Source of the DNA: Bifidobacterium longum subsp. longum JCM 1217
GTDB taxonomy: Bacteria > Actinomycetota > Actinomycetes > Actinomycetales > Bifidobacteriaceae
Length of the DNA stretch: 32,000 nucleotides
Direction: 5' to 3'
NCBI RefSeq assembly: GCF_000196555.1
Contig: NC_015067.1
Coordinates: forward strand, 60,001-92,000
How positions within the stretch are numbered: the first letter of the stretch is position 1; each line of letters begins with the position of its first letter. A program made the translations under genes and the position numbers. The notes under the pieces were generated by a model, which ran no database searches, was not told the origin of the DNA, and saw only the letters and a list, made by a program, of their open reading frames with translations. Shown piece after piece: positions 16,501 through 26,302 of this stretch.

Positions 16501-18191
16501 TGAGAATCTCCCGTGGCCGCGTTGTCGGCCGCTCCGATACCGGATTTATCCGAGGAATCGGATGAGCTTGACGAACCGGACTTGTCTGACGAGGAGCCGG
16601 ACTGGCTGGACGAATCCTTGGTGCCGTCCTTGGAATCGCTCTGGGAACTGTCTTTGGAACTGTCCGGGGAATTGGACGCCTCGGCCTTCTTGGCGGCGTC
16701 GGCTTCCTGCTGCTTGGCCAGTTTGCGCATTTCGGTGCGGATAATACCCACATGCGACTGCGCTTCGTCCAACGAACCGACTGTGATGCCTTGGCTCAGC
16801 TGGTCACGCCATGTCTGAGGCAGGTCCGCGGTGGCGATATTGGTGGTCTGCACTTCGTGCGAAAGCTCAAGTCCAAAGAGATTGGTCGGCACGCCACGAT
16901 AAATGGCTACGGTGCCGTTGCTATCTCCCACGTAGTAGTGCGTCTGGCTCCACGTGTACGCGCCCCAGCCGGCGCCGGCCAATGCCAGCACGGCAAGAAT
17001 GCAGGTAATAATCACCGCAAGCTTATTGCGGCGCTTCTTGGTGCGCGTGGCCTTCTTCTGCTCGACCTGCTCATCGCGGATGGCTTTGGCCACATCCGGG
17101 TCGTTGGGGTCGGCGGACAGGCGCCCATCCGGCTTTTGCACCACCGGAATCTCACCGGTATCGGGATTGGCTCGTTCACCGGTCTCCTCGCGGACGGTGG
17201 ACGGCTGCACCACGCGTGTGGACGACGGTTTGGCCGTGGTTTGCGTGGTCTCCGCCTCGTGCGCGCTGGCGGGCTGAATCAATGCTGCGGCGCGCTGGGC
17301 GGGGGAATCATCCTCACGCAGTGCGGGCGCGGTAGCCACCGGCTCGTTGACGATGTCGGCAATCGGCTCAAGATTACGGCTGGCGGCACCGCCGACCAAC
17401 GGCGTTTGGTGCGGCAGGTCGAACGCATCGGCATCCAACGCCAACGTGGCATCCGCAATAACGGCCGTGACATTATCGGTGCTGCCCGCCCGCAGTGCCA
17501 TCTGCACCAGACGCTGCGCGCATTCGCCCTGATCGGACAGCGTGGTCATCGTCTCTTCGATGGTGGAATCTTCCAGCACACCGCACAGGCCGTCCGAGCA
17601 CAGTAGCCAACGGTCGGCGGGGTGGGCTCGGCGAACCGAAATATCCGGGCGCGGGTCAATGTCAAAGTCGCCAAGCACGCGCATCACGACGTTGCGCTGC
17701 GGGTGGTTCTTGGCTTCGGACGGGGTGATACGACCGGTGTTGATGAGGTGCTGCACGTAGCTGTGGTCGCACGTGATGCGGCTCAGGCGTCCGTCGCGCA
17801 GCAGGTAGGCGCGCGAATCGCCGATATGGGCGATGACCCAGTAGCCGGCCACCAATGCCACTGCGGTAACGGTGGTGCCCATGCCGGCAAGCTTGCGTTC
17901 GCGCTTGGCCTTGCCGACGATGGCGTCATGCGCGGCCATAACGGAGGTTTCCATCATGCGGGAGATCGTCTCGACGTTGCCACCGGTGTCATCCTGCTCG
18001 ATGTGGGCCAGCGACCGGATGGCGATGGAGGATGCCGTATCGCCGCCGGCGTGACCGCCCATGCCGTCGCACATGGCGATGAGATGCTCGCCGGCGAAGG
18101 AGGAATCCTGATTGTTCGCGCGCACGGTGCCCACATCGGACACCGTGGTGGAATACAGGAACAGCGGTTGTGAAGCGGCGGATTTTGGCAT
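16497..18191 (-). CDS. pstP: PP2C-family Ser/Thr phosphatase PstP with a TM helix and Ser/Asp-rich C-terminal tail
   Basis: PP2C motifs include MCDGMGGHAGGD and DGLCG. A mid-protein TM helix is followed by a low-complexity SSDKSGSSSSSD tail. Confidence 0.93.
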   Translation of the reverse strand: MPKSAASQPLFLYSTTVSDVGTVRANNQDSSFAGEHLIAMCDGMGGHAGGDTASSIAIRSLAHIEQDDTGGNVETISRMMETSVMAAHDAIVGKAKRERKLAGMGTTVTAVALVAGYWVIAHIGDSRAYLLRDGRLSRITCDHSYVQHLINTGRITPSEAKNHPQRNVVMRVLGDFDIDPRPDISVRRAHPADRWLLCSDGLCGVLEDSTIEETMTTLSDQGECAQRLVQMALRAGSTDNVTAVIADATLALDADAFDLPHQTPLVGGAASRNLEPIADIVNEPVATAPALREDDSPAQRAAALIQPASAHEAETTQTTAKPSSTRVVQPSTVREETGERANPDTGEIPVVQKPDGRLSADPNDPDVAKAIRDEQVEQKKATRTKKRRNKLAVIITCILAVLALAGAGWGAYTWSQTHYYVGDSNGTVAIYRGVPTNLFGLELSHEVQTTNIATADLPQTWRDQLSQGITVGSLDEAQSHVGIIRTEMRKLAKQQEADAAKKAEASNSPDSSKDSSQSDSKDGTKDSSSQSGSSSDKSGSSSSSDSSDKSGIGAADNAATGDSQ

Positions 18192-18195
18192 GCGG

Positions 18196-18726
18196 CTACC
18201 TCAGTTCGAAGGTGGTGGCGCCGATGCGCACAGGAATACGAGCGGGCAGAATGGTGGGGCGGTTGATGCGCTGCTGGTTGACCACGGTGCCATTGGTGGA
18301 GTTCAGGTCTTCAATGGCCCACTGCCCGGAGCGCGTGTCACGGTAGACACGGGCATGGTGGGAAGACACGAATTCGTCATCGAGCACCACGGTGTTCGAG
18401 GCGGCGCGGCCAAGCGTGATGTCGGCTTCGGCCAGCGGCACGGAGCTGCCGGCAAGCGGACCATCGATGATGACCAACAGGGTAGGCTGCGCCGAGGCGG
18501 CGGACGACGCGGAAGCGCTGGGCTGGCGATGCGGGCGCGGCGCAGCTGCCTGCGGCGTTTCGGCCTTGGCCTTATGCACTTCACGCTCACGGCGACGACG
18601 CGCGCGCGAAGGTCGCGGACTGAACGTCTCGATGTCCTTGCGCAGCGAACGTACGGCCAGCCAGATGAATATCCACAGCAGGATCAGGAATCCATACTTG
18701 AGCAGGGCGAATGTCAGTTCGGTCAT
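18196..18726 (-). CDS. fhaB: FHA-domain protein FhaB (FipA-like)
   Basis: An N-terminal TM helix is followed by a C-terminal FHA domain (ITLGRAASNTVVLDDEFVSSHHARV...NGTVVN). Confidence 0.9.
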   Translation of the reverse strand: MTELTFALLKYGFLILLWIFIWLAVRSLRKDIETFSPRPSRARRRREREVHKAKAETPQAAAPRPHRQPSASASSAASAQPTLLVIIDGPLAGSSVPLAEADITLGRAASNTVVLDDEFVSSHHARVYRDTRSGQWAIEDLNSTNGTVVNQQRINRPTILPARIPVRIGATTFELR

Positions 18727-18755
18727 AAGTGGACGACTTTCGGGCGTGTGCTCGA

Positions 18756-19457
18756 CTACTCCTGGGCTTGGGCGGAGGCCCAGTACAGGATGCGGGTACG
18801 GCCGATGGTGATGGTGTTGCCGTCGAGCAGCGTGGCGGCGGGCACTTGGTGGCCCTCCACGTACGTGCCGTTGGTCGAACCCAGGTCGCGGGCGATCACG
18901 CCGTTATCCGTGATGTCGATTTCCAGGTGCTTGCGGGAGATGCCCGGATCGTCGATGACGATATCGCAACCGGAACCGCGGCCGATTACCGTCTTGTCTT
19001 TGGTGAGCAGGTACTGGTTGCCGTTCACCTCGAGCACCGGGCTATCCTCGGTCTGCGCATCGGTGGTGACCGGCACGGCATTGCCCTGCACGGATTCGGA
19101 GGTGAGGTTGAAGTTGCCCTTGGACAGGTCAAGGTCTTCCTCGAAGATCACGATCACCGGTCCCACGAAGGCGTAATGCTGGCTCTTCGCGTACTCGGTG
19201 AGGTTATCGGCCAGTTCGTTGGCCAGGGTCTCGCTACCCCATGCCTCGATACGGTCGAAGTCAGGAGTACTGAGCTTGAAACGGTATTCATTCGGGGCCA
19301 CCGTGCGGTCACGGCCCACGGGCATGGCCTCGGCGTCAATCTCGCGCTCCAAGGCGCTGGAAAGATCGACAGGCTGCAGGTCTTTGGAGCCAAACTTGGC
19401 GAATACTCCGTTGACTGCACCCTCCACGCTTTTTTCAAAACGGTCGAGAACGCTCAT
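18756..19457 (-). CDS. fhaA: FHA-domain protein FhaA (DUF3662 N-terminal domain plus FHA)
   Basis: The N-terminal MSVLDRFEKSVEGAVNGVFAK domain is followed by a C-terminal FHA domain (TVIGRGSGCDIVIDDPGISRKHLEI...NGTYVEG). AAGGGAGGA (RBS) precedes the ATG at 19457. Confidence 0.92.
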   Translation of the reverse strand: MSVLDRFEKSVEGAVNGVFAKFGSKDLQPVDLSSALEREIDAEAMPVGRDRTVAPNEYRFKLSTPDFDRIEAWGSETLANELADNLTEYAKSQHYAFVGPVIVIFEEDLDLSKGNFNLTSESVQGNAVPVTTDAQTEDSPVLEVNGNQYLLTKDKTVIGRGSGCDIVIDDPGISRKHLEIDITDNGVIARDLGSTNGTYVEGHQVPAATLLDGNTITIGRTRILYWASAQAQE

Positions 19458-19582
19458 AGTCCTCCCTTTCTAATCTTCACCCATCCTACGCGGTGATGGG
19501 AATATGAGACAAAAAACCGGTCTTTCACGTGACGATGAGTGCAAAATATCCAAAAATTCAGGGCGGAAATGGGTGCGGCGCA

Positions 19583-19620
19583 CCACCCGAGGTGCTTTAC
19601 CGGTGGAGCACCTCGGGTGG
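19583..19620 (-). terminator. Hairpin downstream of the S9 peptidase gene
   Basis: The 14-bp perfect arms ccacccgaggtgct and agcacctcgggtgg enclose a 10-nt loop. No clean U-tract follows, so its terminator function is uncertain. Confidence 0.45.
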
Positions 19621-19641
19621 GATGCGCGTGTTATCGATCTG

Positions 19642-22086
19642 TCAGGCCAGCGCGTCGCGCAGGAAATCGCGCTGGAGAGTGAGCAGGTTTTCGGCCACGG
19701 TCTCGTCATTGGTCATATGGGTGATGCCCGTCAACGGCAGGAAGGTGTGCGGGCGACCCGCCGCCATCAGGGCTTGCGAGAGGCGCAGGCTGTGGGCGAT
19801 GGTGACGTTGTCGTCGGCGAAACCGTGGATCAGCATAAGCGGGCGCTCGAGTTTCGGTGCGTCCTGCACGATGCCGTTGCGGTAGTAGACATCCGGGTCG
19901 AGGCCCAGATAGCGCTCGGTGTAGTGCGTGTCGTACAGCGTCCAATCGGTGGGCGGGGCGCCGGCGCATGCGGCCTTGAACACGTTCGGCGCGTCCAGCA
20001 CGGCCAGTGCGGACAGGAAGCCGCCGTACGACCAGCCGATCATGCACACCTTGTCGAGGTCCGGCATGGGAATCGCCTCCCGCTGGCGGGAGGTGGCGCG
20101 AAGCGCCGGTGGGTGGTTCTCGGCGTCTGCCTGATCGCCCGCAGCCGGCTGTGCCGCACGTGATTCCACATCGGCGTTGAGCCGGGCGACGGCCTCGGGC
20201 AGGGCGTTGACGGCCTCGACCTGATCGGCCAGCGTTACGTCCTTCATATCCTCGAAGATCTCGCGGTCCCATGCCGGGCCGCGGCCGGTGGTGCCACGGC
20301 CGTCTGCCGTGACCACCAGGAAGCCTTGGTCGGCCCACCACTGGCCCTCCCAGTAGAAGGACTGCGAGGCGATGACCTGCTGGAAGCCGGGCCCGCCGTA
20401 CGGCTTCATCAGCACCGGCAGCTTCTCGGCGTGCGCGTACGGGCTTTCCGGGCTCGGCGCGATGATCGCCGTGTACAGCTGGTGCTCGCCCAGTCGCGTA
20501 AACGTGACGTTCGGTGTAAAGCCGGGTTTGGCCGCCGTGGACGCGATAGTGGCGCTCTGTTCTCCCAGAATATGCCGCATCTGGGCGCGGGCGGAACGCA
20601 TATCGCGGCCGGAGACCACGATGCCGCGCTCGCCGCGCGAGGCGGTCCACTGGCCGGGATCGGTCGTGACCGGCGTGATCGTGCCGTTGTAATCGATACT
20701 CACCACGTCGAAACTGCGGGCGTCGTGGTCGCCGAATACGGACTCGGTGGCGGCCGCATCGGCCCAAGCGTCCGGCACCTCAGGCGCGATTTCGGGCGCG
20801 CGCTGCACCACGGCCAGCACATCCTCGTCGGTCACGGCGAGCACCGTGCGCACGTTCCAGCCAGCCGGCGTGAACGGGCGGCCGTCCATTGTCAGACGGT
20901 TGGTGTCCGTGGCCATATCGTTGAGCGAGCACACCAGACGACCATCCGGCGTGTAGGCGGGCGTGCCGTGAACCAGGTCGATCCACTGCTCGTTCGCGTG
21001 CTCCTCAAGCACACGCGTGGCACCCAGCGCGGCCCCATCCGCCGCGACTGCCACCTCAAGCACCTGATCGCGGGTCTGACGGCGGTTCTGCACCAGCACC
21101 AGCGGATCGTGGCCGCGACGCCAGTTCACGGCGGCCACATACTCGTACGCCTCGCGATCCCAATCCACATCGGCGTTGCCGGTGATGCCCGCGTACCGGT
21201 CGTTCTCATCGAACGCCAGCGTGATCACGGTCAGGTACACGTCGGCGTTGCGGGTCAGCGCGCGCGGGTAGCGGCGGCCGGCGTCCGGCTTCTCGGGGTC
21301 GGCCGGATCGCTGATGTACCAGGTCGGCTCGTCGGCGGTGTCGAAAGACTCGAACAGCACATGCTGCGAATCCGGGGCCCACCAGAAACCGTCGTACCGG
21401 TCCATTTCTTCGCCGGCCACGAACTCGGCCAGACCGATTTTCCACGTGTTTTCGGCCGGATTGCCGTCCTCATCCTCCACGCTCACGCCGTAGACCGCGG
21501 TGATGCGGTCACCTAGCTCGCCGCCGATATCGACCAGCATCAGGTAGCTGCCCGTGGTGTACAGCACATGTTCGCCATCCGGGGCGATGCGCGGGTTCAG
21601 CACCGGCGTGTACATCGCCGGGTCCTCATCGAGCCATTCGCCGGCCAGTTCACGGGTGTGCGGCTCGGGTGCGCCGGTCTCGTCATTCCAATCGATGTCG
21701 GTCAGGAACAGGCGGCCGTTGATGGTGAACACGATGCGATTGCCGTCGTCATCTGCGGAGTATCCGACGATGCCGGTGCCGCCTTCGCGCGCACGCTCGC
21801 GGCGGGCCTTCTCCTCGGCCGGCACGTCCTCGCTGTCGGCGGTTGCGCCCAGCAGTTCGCGCGGGTCGGCCAGCTTGGTCTCATGGTGTTCGCCGGACTC
21901 GTCGAACCAGCTCAGCCACATTGCGGTCACCAGATCCTCGGGGCCGTCGGAGCGCAGGAACAGGGCCCGCGAGCCGTCGCCCACGGTCTGTGCGGAGCGC
22001 GGTGCGCCGCAGCCGAAGCGCAGCGTGCGCGCCCGGAGGCGTGGGAAATGCTTGATTGCGTCATTGACATCATTGGTTTCGCTCAT
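19642..22086 (-). CDS. S9-family serine peptidase (dipeptidyl aminopeptidase / prolyl oligopeptidase-like)
   Basis: The 814-aa protein has a beta-propeller-like N-terminal region and a C-terminal alpha/beta hydrolase domain with the nucleophile motif GWSYGG and the HGFADDNV region. Confidence 0.88.
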   Translation of the reverse strand: MSETNDVNDAIKHFPRLRARTLRFGCGAPRSAQTVGDGSRALFLRSDGPEDLVTAMWLSWFDESGEHHETKLADPRELLGATADSEDVPAEEKARRERAREGGTGIVGYSADDDGNRIVFTINGRLFLTDIDWNDETGAPEPHTRELAGEWLDEDPAMYTPVLNPRIAPDGEHVLYTTGSYLMLVDIGGELGDRITAVYGVSVEDEDGNPAENTWKIGLAEFVAGEEMDRYDGFWWAPDSQHVLFESFDTADEPTWYISDPADPEKPDAGRRYPRALTRNADVYLTVITLAFDENDRYAGITGNADVDWDREAYEYVAAVNWRRGHDPLVLVQNRRQTRDQVLEVAVAADGAALGATRVLEEHANEQWIDLVHGTPAYTPDGRLVCSLNDMATDTNRLTMDGRPFTPAGWNVRTVLAVTDEDVLAVVQRAPEIAPEVPDAWADAAATESVFGDHDARSFDVVSIDYNGTITPVTTDPGQWTASRGERGIVVSGRDMRSARAQMRHILGEQSATIASTAAKPGFTPNVTFTRLGEHQLYTAIIAPSPESPYAHAEKLPVLMKPYGGPGFQQVIASQSFYWEGQWWADQGFLVVTADGRGTTGRGPAWDREIFEDMKDVTLADQVEAVNALPEAVARLNADVESRAAQPAAGDQADAENHPPALRATSRQREAIPMPDLDKVCMIGWSYGGFLSALAVLDAPNVFKAACAGAPPTDWTLYDTHYTERYLGLDPDVYYRNGIVQDAPKLERPLMLIHGFADDNVTIAHSLRLSQALMAAGRPHTFLPLTGITHMTNDETVAENLLTLQRDFLRDALA

Positions 22087-22204
22087 ACCTCACAACCTAC
22101 GCGCCTGTGCGGTCAGTGGCGCGCAGGCTTGCGACGCATTCCCGGGAATGTGTCGTGGTGTGGGTGCGAGGTGTGGGCGTGAGGCTTGTCCTAAGATGGG
22201 AGCC

Positions 22205-23296
22205 ATGCAGGTGACGATGATCGACGAAAACAAGTACGCCGAAACGATGACCGACGTGGTGCTGCCCGCGCTCGAACAATGCTGCGAGGAGGGCTGGTTC
22301 GATCCGTCCGCCGCCGAACGTTCGGCCGGGATCGAGCCGCTGTCCGGCATTATGGACACCGGCGGCCGCTCGGGCCAGCTGCACTACCTGTGCTACGACT
22401 CCGCCAAATTCGACGCGATTCGCGAGCAAGGCGCCACCGCCACCTTCCGCGGGGCCATCGTCATCAGCCACGGCTTCACCGAGTTCGCCGAAAAGTACGA
22501 CGAGCTCGTCTGGTACTTCCTGCTTGCCGGCTACTCGGTGTGTGTACTCGAGCATCGCGGCCACGGCAAGTCCGCGCGCGACGTGGACAACCGCTGCATG
22601 GTGTGGATTGATGACTGGCAGCGCTACGTGGCCGATCTGGCCGGCTTCGCCGAAACCATCGGCCAGCAGTACGCGGCCGGCATGCCGCTGAACCTGTTCT
22701 GCCATTCGATGGGCGGCGGCATCGGCGCGGCCGTGTTGGAGCGATACCCCACCCTGTTCGACAAAGCGGTGCTCTCTGCCCCGATGATCGCCCCCGCCAC
22801 CGGCATGCCGCTGGGCGTGGCCCGTGTGCTGGTCGGCGCGCTGTGCGGACTCGGCTTCGGCAAGAAGCGCGTGTTCGGGCAGTCGGGCTTCACGCCGGAA
22901 TTCTCGATGGAAGGCAACGAGGGCGCTTCCGAAGCGCGTGAACGCTGGTACTTCAAGCTGCGTTGCGAGAATAGCGAATACCAGACCTACTGCGCGGCGT
23001 TCGAATGGGTGCGCCAAGCGTTGAAGCTCAACCGGGCCATACTGAATCCGTCCGCCTGCGCCGAAGTGGAGACGCCGGTGCTGCTCTTCCAGTCCGGACG
23101 CGACATCTGGGTACTCAATAAGCCGCAGAATCACTTCGTCCAACTGGTCAAGGACGGCGGCGGCGAGGCGAACATCGTGCGCTTCCCCGAATCGCGCCAC
23201 GAAATCTTCTCCATGCCCAACAGCACTTACAAGCCCTACCTCGAAAAGATCCTCGGCTTCTACGACGACCCCATGATTGCCTGCGCCGCGTACTGA
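22205..23296 (+). CDS. Alpha/beta hydrolase (lysophospholipase / monoacylglycerol lipase-like)
   Basis: Features are HGFTEF, the nucleophile elbow CHSMGGG, and C-terminal RHEIF. The start was set at MQVTMIDENKY (ATG at 22205). The ORF-track extension back to 21554 is antisense to the peptidase gene and was rejected. Confidence 0.82.
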   Translation: MQVTMIDENKYAETMTDVVLPALEQCCEEGWFDPSAAERSAGIEPLSGIMDTGGRSGQLHYLCYDSAKFDAIREQGATATFRGAIVISHGFTEFAEKYDELVWYFLLAGYSVCVLEHRGHGKSARDVDNRCMVWIDDWQRYVADLAGFAETIGQQYAAGMPLNLFCHSMGGGIGAAVLERYPTLFDKAVLSAPMIAPATGMPLGVARVLVGALCGLGFGKKRVFGQSGFTPEFSMEGNEGASEARERWYFKLRCENSEYQTYCAAFEWVRQALKLNRAILNPSACAEVETPVLLFQSGRDIWVLNKPQNHFVQLVKDGGGEANIVRFPESRHEIFSMPNSTYKPYLEKILGFYDDPMIACAAY

Positions 23297-23375
23297 TGTA
23301 GCTCTTCACCCATTGTTCACCGTGCGGTCACCTTGTGGCCCGGCCCGCTTTAGATGGCGGGAGAGCCATGGAATT

Positions 23376-24527
23376 ATGGGCATAATGTCTTCTCTCCGCC
23401 GCCGCGCCGCCGCGGTTGCGGCCGCGGCATGTGCCGGCGTGCTCGCGTTGACCGGTTGCACGGCGTTCAATAATTCCGATGACGGCACAGCGGACGGCAA
23501 CGGCACGTCCGCCACCACGCAGACCTTCCAGCCGTCCGGCGGCAAACCGACTGCCACCCTGAGCATTGCCTCCGGCTCCGAAAACAAGGAAGTCGCCGTC
23601 GCCATCCAGAAAGCGGCCGACCAATCCAACGTAGCCGTGACGATGCACTACATGGGTTCGCTGGAGATTATGAACGCGCTCAAGGCCGGCGGCCAGGATC
23701 ACGACGCCGTCTGGCCTGCCTCCTCGATGTGGATTTCGATGGGAGACACCAAGCACATCGTCAAAGACGCGGCCAGCACCTCCACCACGCCGATCGTGTT
23801 CGGCATCGCCAAATCCAAGGCCGTCAAACTCGGCTGGGCTGACGACACCGGTGCCGCCAAGCCCGTCTCCACCGCGGACATCCTCGCCGCGGTCAGCGAC
23901 GGCAAACTCACGTTCTCCATGACCTCCGCCACGGTGATCGACAGCGCGCTCAACGTCTACCAGACCGCGCTCAGGAAGCCCAGCTGGACCATTTGGGTGG
24001 TCGATTACTCCGGTTCGATGTCTGGAGAGGGCAAGAACGGCGTGGTCAAAGGCCTGAACGCGGCGCTCGACCCGGACCAGGCCAAGAAGTCGTACATCGA
24101 GCCCGCCAGCGGCGACGTGAACATTCTCATCCCGTTTGAAACCGAGGCCCACCGCCCGGTCAAGGCCACTGGCACAAGCACCAGCGACCTGCTGCATGAG
24201 GCCGATGCCACCGATGCCAGCGGCGGCACCGATATCTATGAAGGCCTGCTGAGCGCGCTCGACGAGCTGCCCAGCGAGTCGGAAGCCTCGCAATACACCA
24301 CCGCCATCGTGCTCATGACCGACGGCCGCTCCAACTCCGATCATCAGGATGAATTCGAAAGCGCCTATAAGTCGCGCGGCCGTGATCTGCCGATCTTCTC
24401 CATCATGTTCGGCGATGCCGATCCCAGCCAGCTGAAGTCTCTCGCCACCCTGAGCAACGCCAAGGTATTCGACGGCCGCTCCGGCGACCTCGCCGCCGTC
24501 TTCCGCCAAGTCAAGGGCTTCAACTGA
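23376..24527 (+). CDS. Lipoprotein with an N-terminal partial solute-binding-like domain and a C-terminal von Willebrand factor A (vWA) domain
   Basis: The signal peptide carries the lipobox LALTGC. MIDAS elements are DYSGSMSG (DxSxS), GGTD and MTDG. The N-terminal 140 aa are colinear with the first lobe of the protein encoded at 25243. RBS gggagag lies 11 nt upstream. Confidence 0.8.
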   Translation: MGIMSSLRRRAAAVAAAACAGVLALTGCTAFNNSDDGTADGNGTSATTQTFQPSGGKPTATLSIASGSENKEVAVAIQKAADQSNVAVTMHYMGSLEIMNALKAGGQDHDAVWPASSMWISMGDTKHIVKDAASTSTTPIVFGIAKSKAVKLGWADDTGAAKPVSTADILAAVSDGKLTFSMTSATVIDSALNVYQTALRKPSWTIWVVDYSGSMSGEGKNGVVKGLNAALDPDQAKKSYIEPASGDVNILIPFETEAHRPVKATGTSTSDLLHEADATDASGGTDIYEGLLSALDELPSESEASQYTTAIVLMTDGRSNSDHQDEFESAYKSRGRDLPIFSIMFGDADPSQLKSLATLSNAKVFDGRSGDLAAVFRQVKGFN

Positions 24528-25246
24528 TGCTCCAGGTAATCTGTGGATTCGTTGTCGGACTGCTGCTCGCCGGGCTCGGTTTCGGACTGGTCGGCGGCGG
24601 AGTGCCCGGCCTGATCGTGGCCGTGGTACTGGCCGCACTTGGGTATATCGCCGCCTCCACGCTCACCGAGCCGGAGCGACGCATCGGCAAAATGCTGGTT
24701 TCCGCCTTGCCCAACGGTCAGAAGACCGCCGATACGATCGACGCGGCGAACGCTCAACTCAACTCGATCGCCATGCTCACCAAGCAAGTACGTGACCCAG
24801 CCGTCAAAGCCGAAGCCAACGACTTCATCGCCGCTACCAAAGATTTAGTGCAATACGTGACCCGAGACACCTCCGCCTACCCGACGTTGCGCCACTACAT
24901 CACCGTGTACGGCGAGCAGACCGAGAAACTGTTGCGCTCCTACGTGGACGTGGAAAGTTCCGGCGCACGCGATCAGATAGCCACGGCACGAATCGAAACC
25001 ATCGAGGCGCTGCAAGTGCTCGAACAGACCGCCGCCGGCGAACTCAGCCGGGCGGTAAGCGCCAAGACGTTGGGCATTACGGCCGACTCCGACGCCATCC
25101 AACGGTTGGCCCGCATGGATGGATACGACGACGTCGCACCTTCGCCTGTGCCTTCCTCGGCTGCTGATGAAGGACGGCATGCACCCAGTCAGACTCCATC
25201 TGGCGGCCCGGCTCACCAGTCGGACCAGAAAACGGACGCACAATGA
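24527..25246 (+). CDS. XpaC-like membrane protein (5-bromo-4-chloroindolyl phosphate hydrolysis protein family)
   Basis: Two N-terminal TM helices precede a helical cytoplasmic domain, and the gene is adjacent to a TelA-family gene as in the B. subtilis xpaC-yaaN pair. The start overlaps the upstream stop (TGATG). Family recognition is from memory. Confidence 0.6.
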   Translation: MLQVICGFVVGLLLAGLGFGLVGGGVPGLIVAVVLAALGYIAASTLTEPERRIGKMLVSALPNGQKTADTIDAANAQLNSIAMLTKQVRDPAVKAEANDFIAATKDLVQYVTRDTSAYPTLRHYITVYGEQTEKLLRSYVDVESSGARDQIATARIETIEALQVLEQTAAGELSRAVSAKTLGITADSDAIQRLARMDGYDDVAPSPVPSSAADEGRHAPSQTPSGGPAHQSDQKTDAQ

Positions 25247-26302
25247 AACTCTCCAAATCAAAAATCATCGGACTGATCGCCCTGCTTGCGGTAGTGGGCG
25301 TGGTCTGCGGCACGCTGGTGTGGCGGCAATCGCAACCAGCACCGGCCGAACCGACCGAACAGGTGAGCATCACCGGCTACCTGGGCGGCGAGAAAATCGG
25401 CCTGTTCGATGACGCCAAGTTCAAGGCGCTCGCCGCCAAGCAAGGCATTGCCATCGACTATCGCAAGGCCGGATCGCCGGCCATGATGGATACGGACCGG
25501 AAAGGCATGGGTTACCTGTTCCCCTCCTCGCGCGCGGCCGTCGAATACGGCAATGCGAAAGGCGTCAAGGCCCCCCAAAGCGACATCGTCTTCAACTCAC
25601 CGATTGTGCTATACACGCACAAGGCCGTGGCGGACGGGCTCGTGAACGGCGGACTTGTGACCAAGGACGATTCTGGCGCGTACCACATGGATATGGCCAA
25701 AGCCGTGGACGCGATGGTCGCCAACACAACCTGGGCCGACGTCGGATACACGGCAGGCTACGGGCAGTTCCGCATCGACTCGACCGATCCGGTGAAGTCG
25801 AACTCAGGCAACGAATACGCGGCGCTTCTTGCCACGGTGCTCAACGGCGGGCAGCCGGCCATGGTCGATTCGGTGGCGCGCGACGGCAAGACCATCGCCT
25901 CCATCTTCGCCAAATCCGGCTGGATGGAGACCTCTTCCGAGGATTCGTTCAACCAGTTCCTGACCTTGGGCGTGGGCTCCAAGCCGATGATGGTGGGCTA
26001 CGAATCGCAGCTGCTTGATTTGGCCGTGAACCAGCCGGATGCGTTCAAGCAGATCAAGGACGACGTGGTCATCGTCTACCCGACGCCGACCGTGTGGAGC
26101 ACCCACACGCTGATGGCCTTGGACGAGAAAAGGCGGCACACTGCTGAACCTGTTGAAAACACCGGCGGTGCAGAAGCTGGCGTGGGAGCGCCATGGCTTC
26201 CGCGCGGCCAACTTCGCCGGCACCGATTCGATCAGCCGATTCGGCGTGGCCGGCACGCTCGACCAGATCCCGGCCGTATCCGAACTGCCCAACAACGATG
26301 CC
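25243..26302 (+). pseudogene. Membrane-anchored solute-binding-like protein gene, frameshifted at an A4 run (26128-26131)
   Basis: The N-terminal TM anchor and SBP-like sequence read cleanly up to ...THTLMALDEK. After that the frame turns into Arg/His/Pro-rich nonsense. The +1 frame continues sensibly with GGTLLNLLKTPAVQKLAWERHGFRA... Confidence 0.7.

Noticed and set aside
10462-19457. The fhaA-fhaB-pstP-rodA-pbpA-pknA-pknB cluster, considered as a candidate novel system.
   Set aside because: This is the canonical, well-described actinobacterial Ser/Thr signalling and cell-wall operon. The order, overlaps and motifs are all as expected, and only lineage-typical low-complexity tails were noted.
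19706-20767. A 353-aa alternative-frame ORF inside the S9 peptidase gene.
   Set aside because: It is on the same strand but out of frame, is extremely Arg/Gly/Pro-rich, and has no motifs. The peptidase frame contains the GWSYGG catalytic domain.
21554-22204. An N-terminal extension of about 217 aa on the alpha/beta hydrolase ORF (track ORF 21554-23296).
   Set aside because: The extension is antisense to the S9 peptidase coding sequence and is Ser/Arg-rich. The hydrolase homology begins at MQVTMIDENKY (22205).
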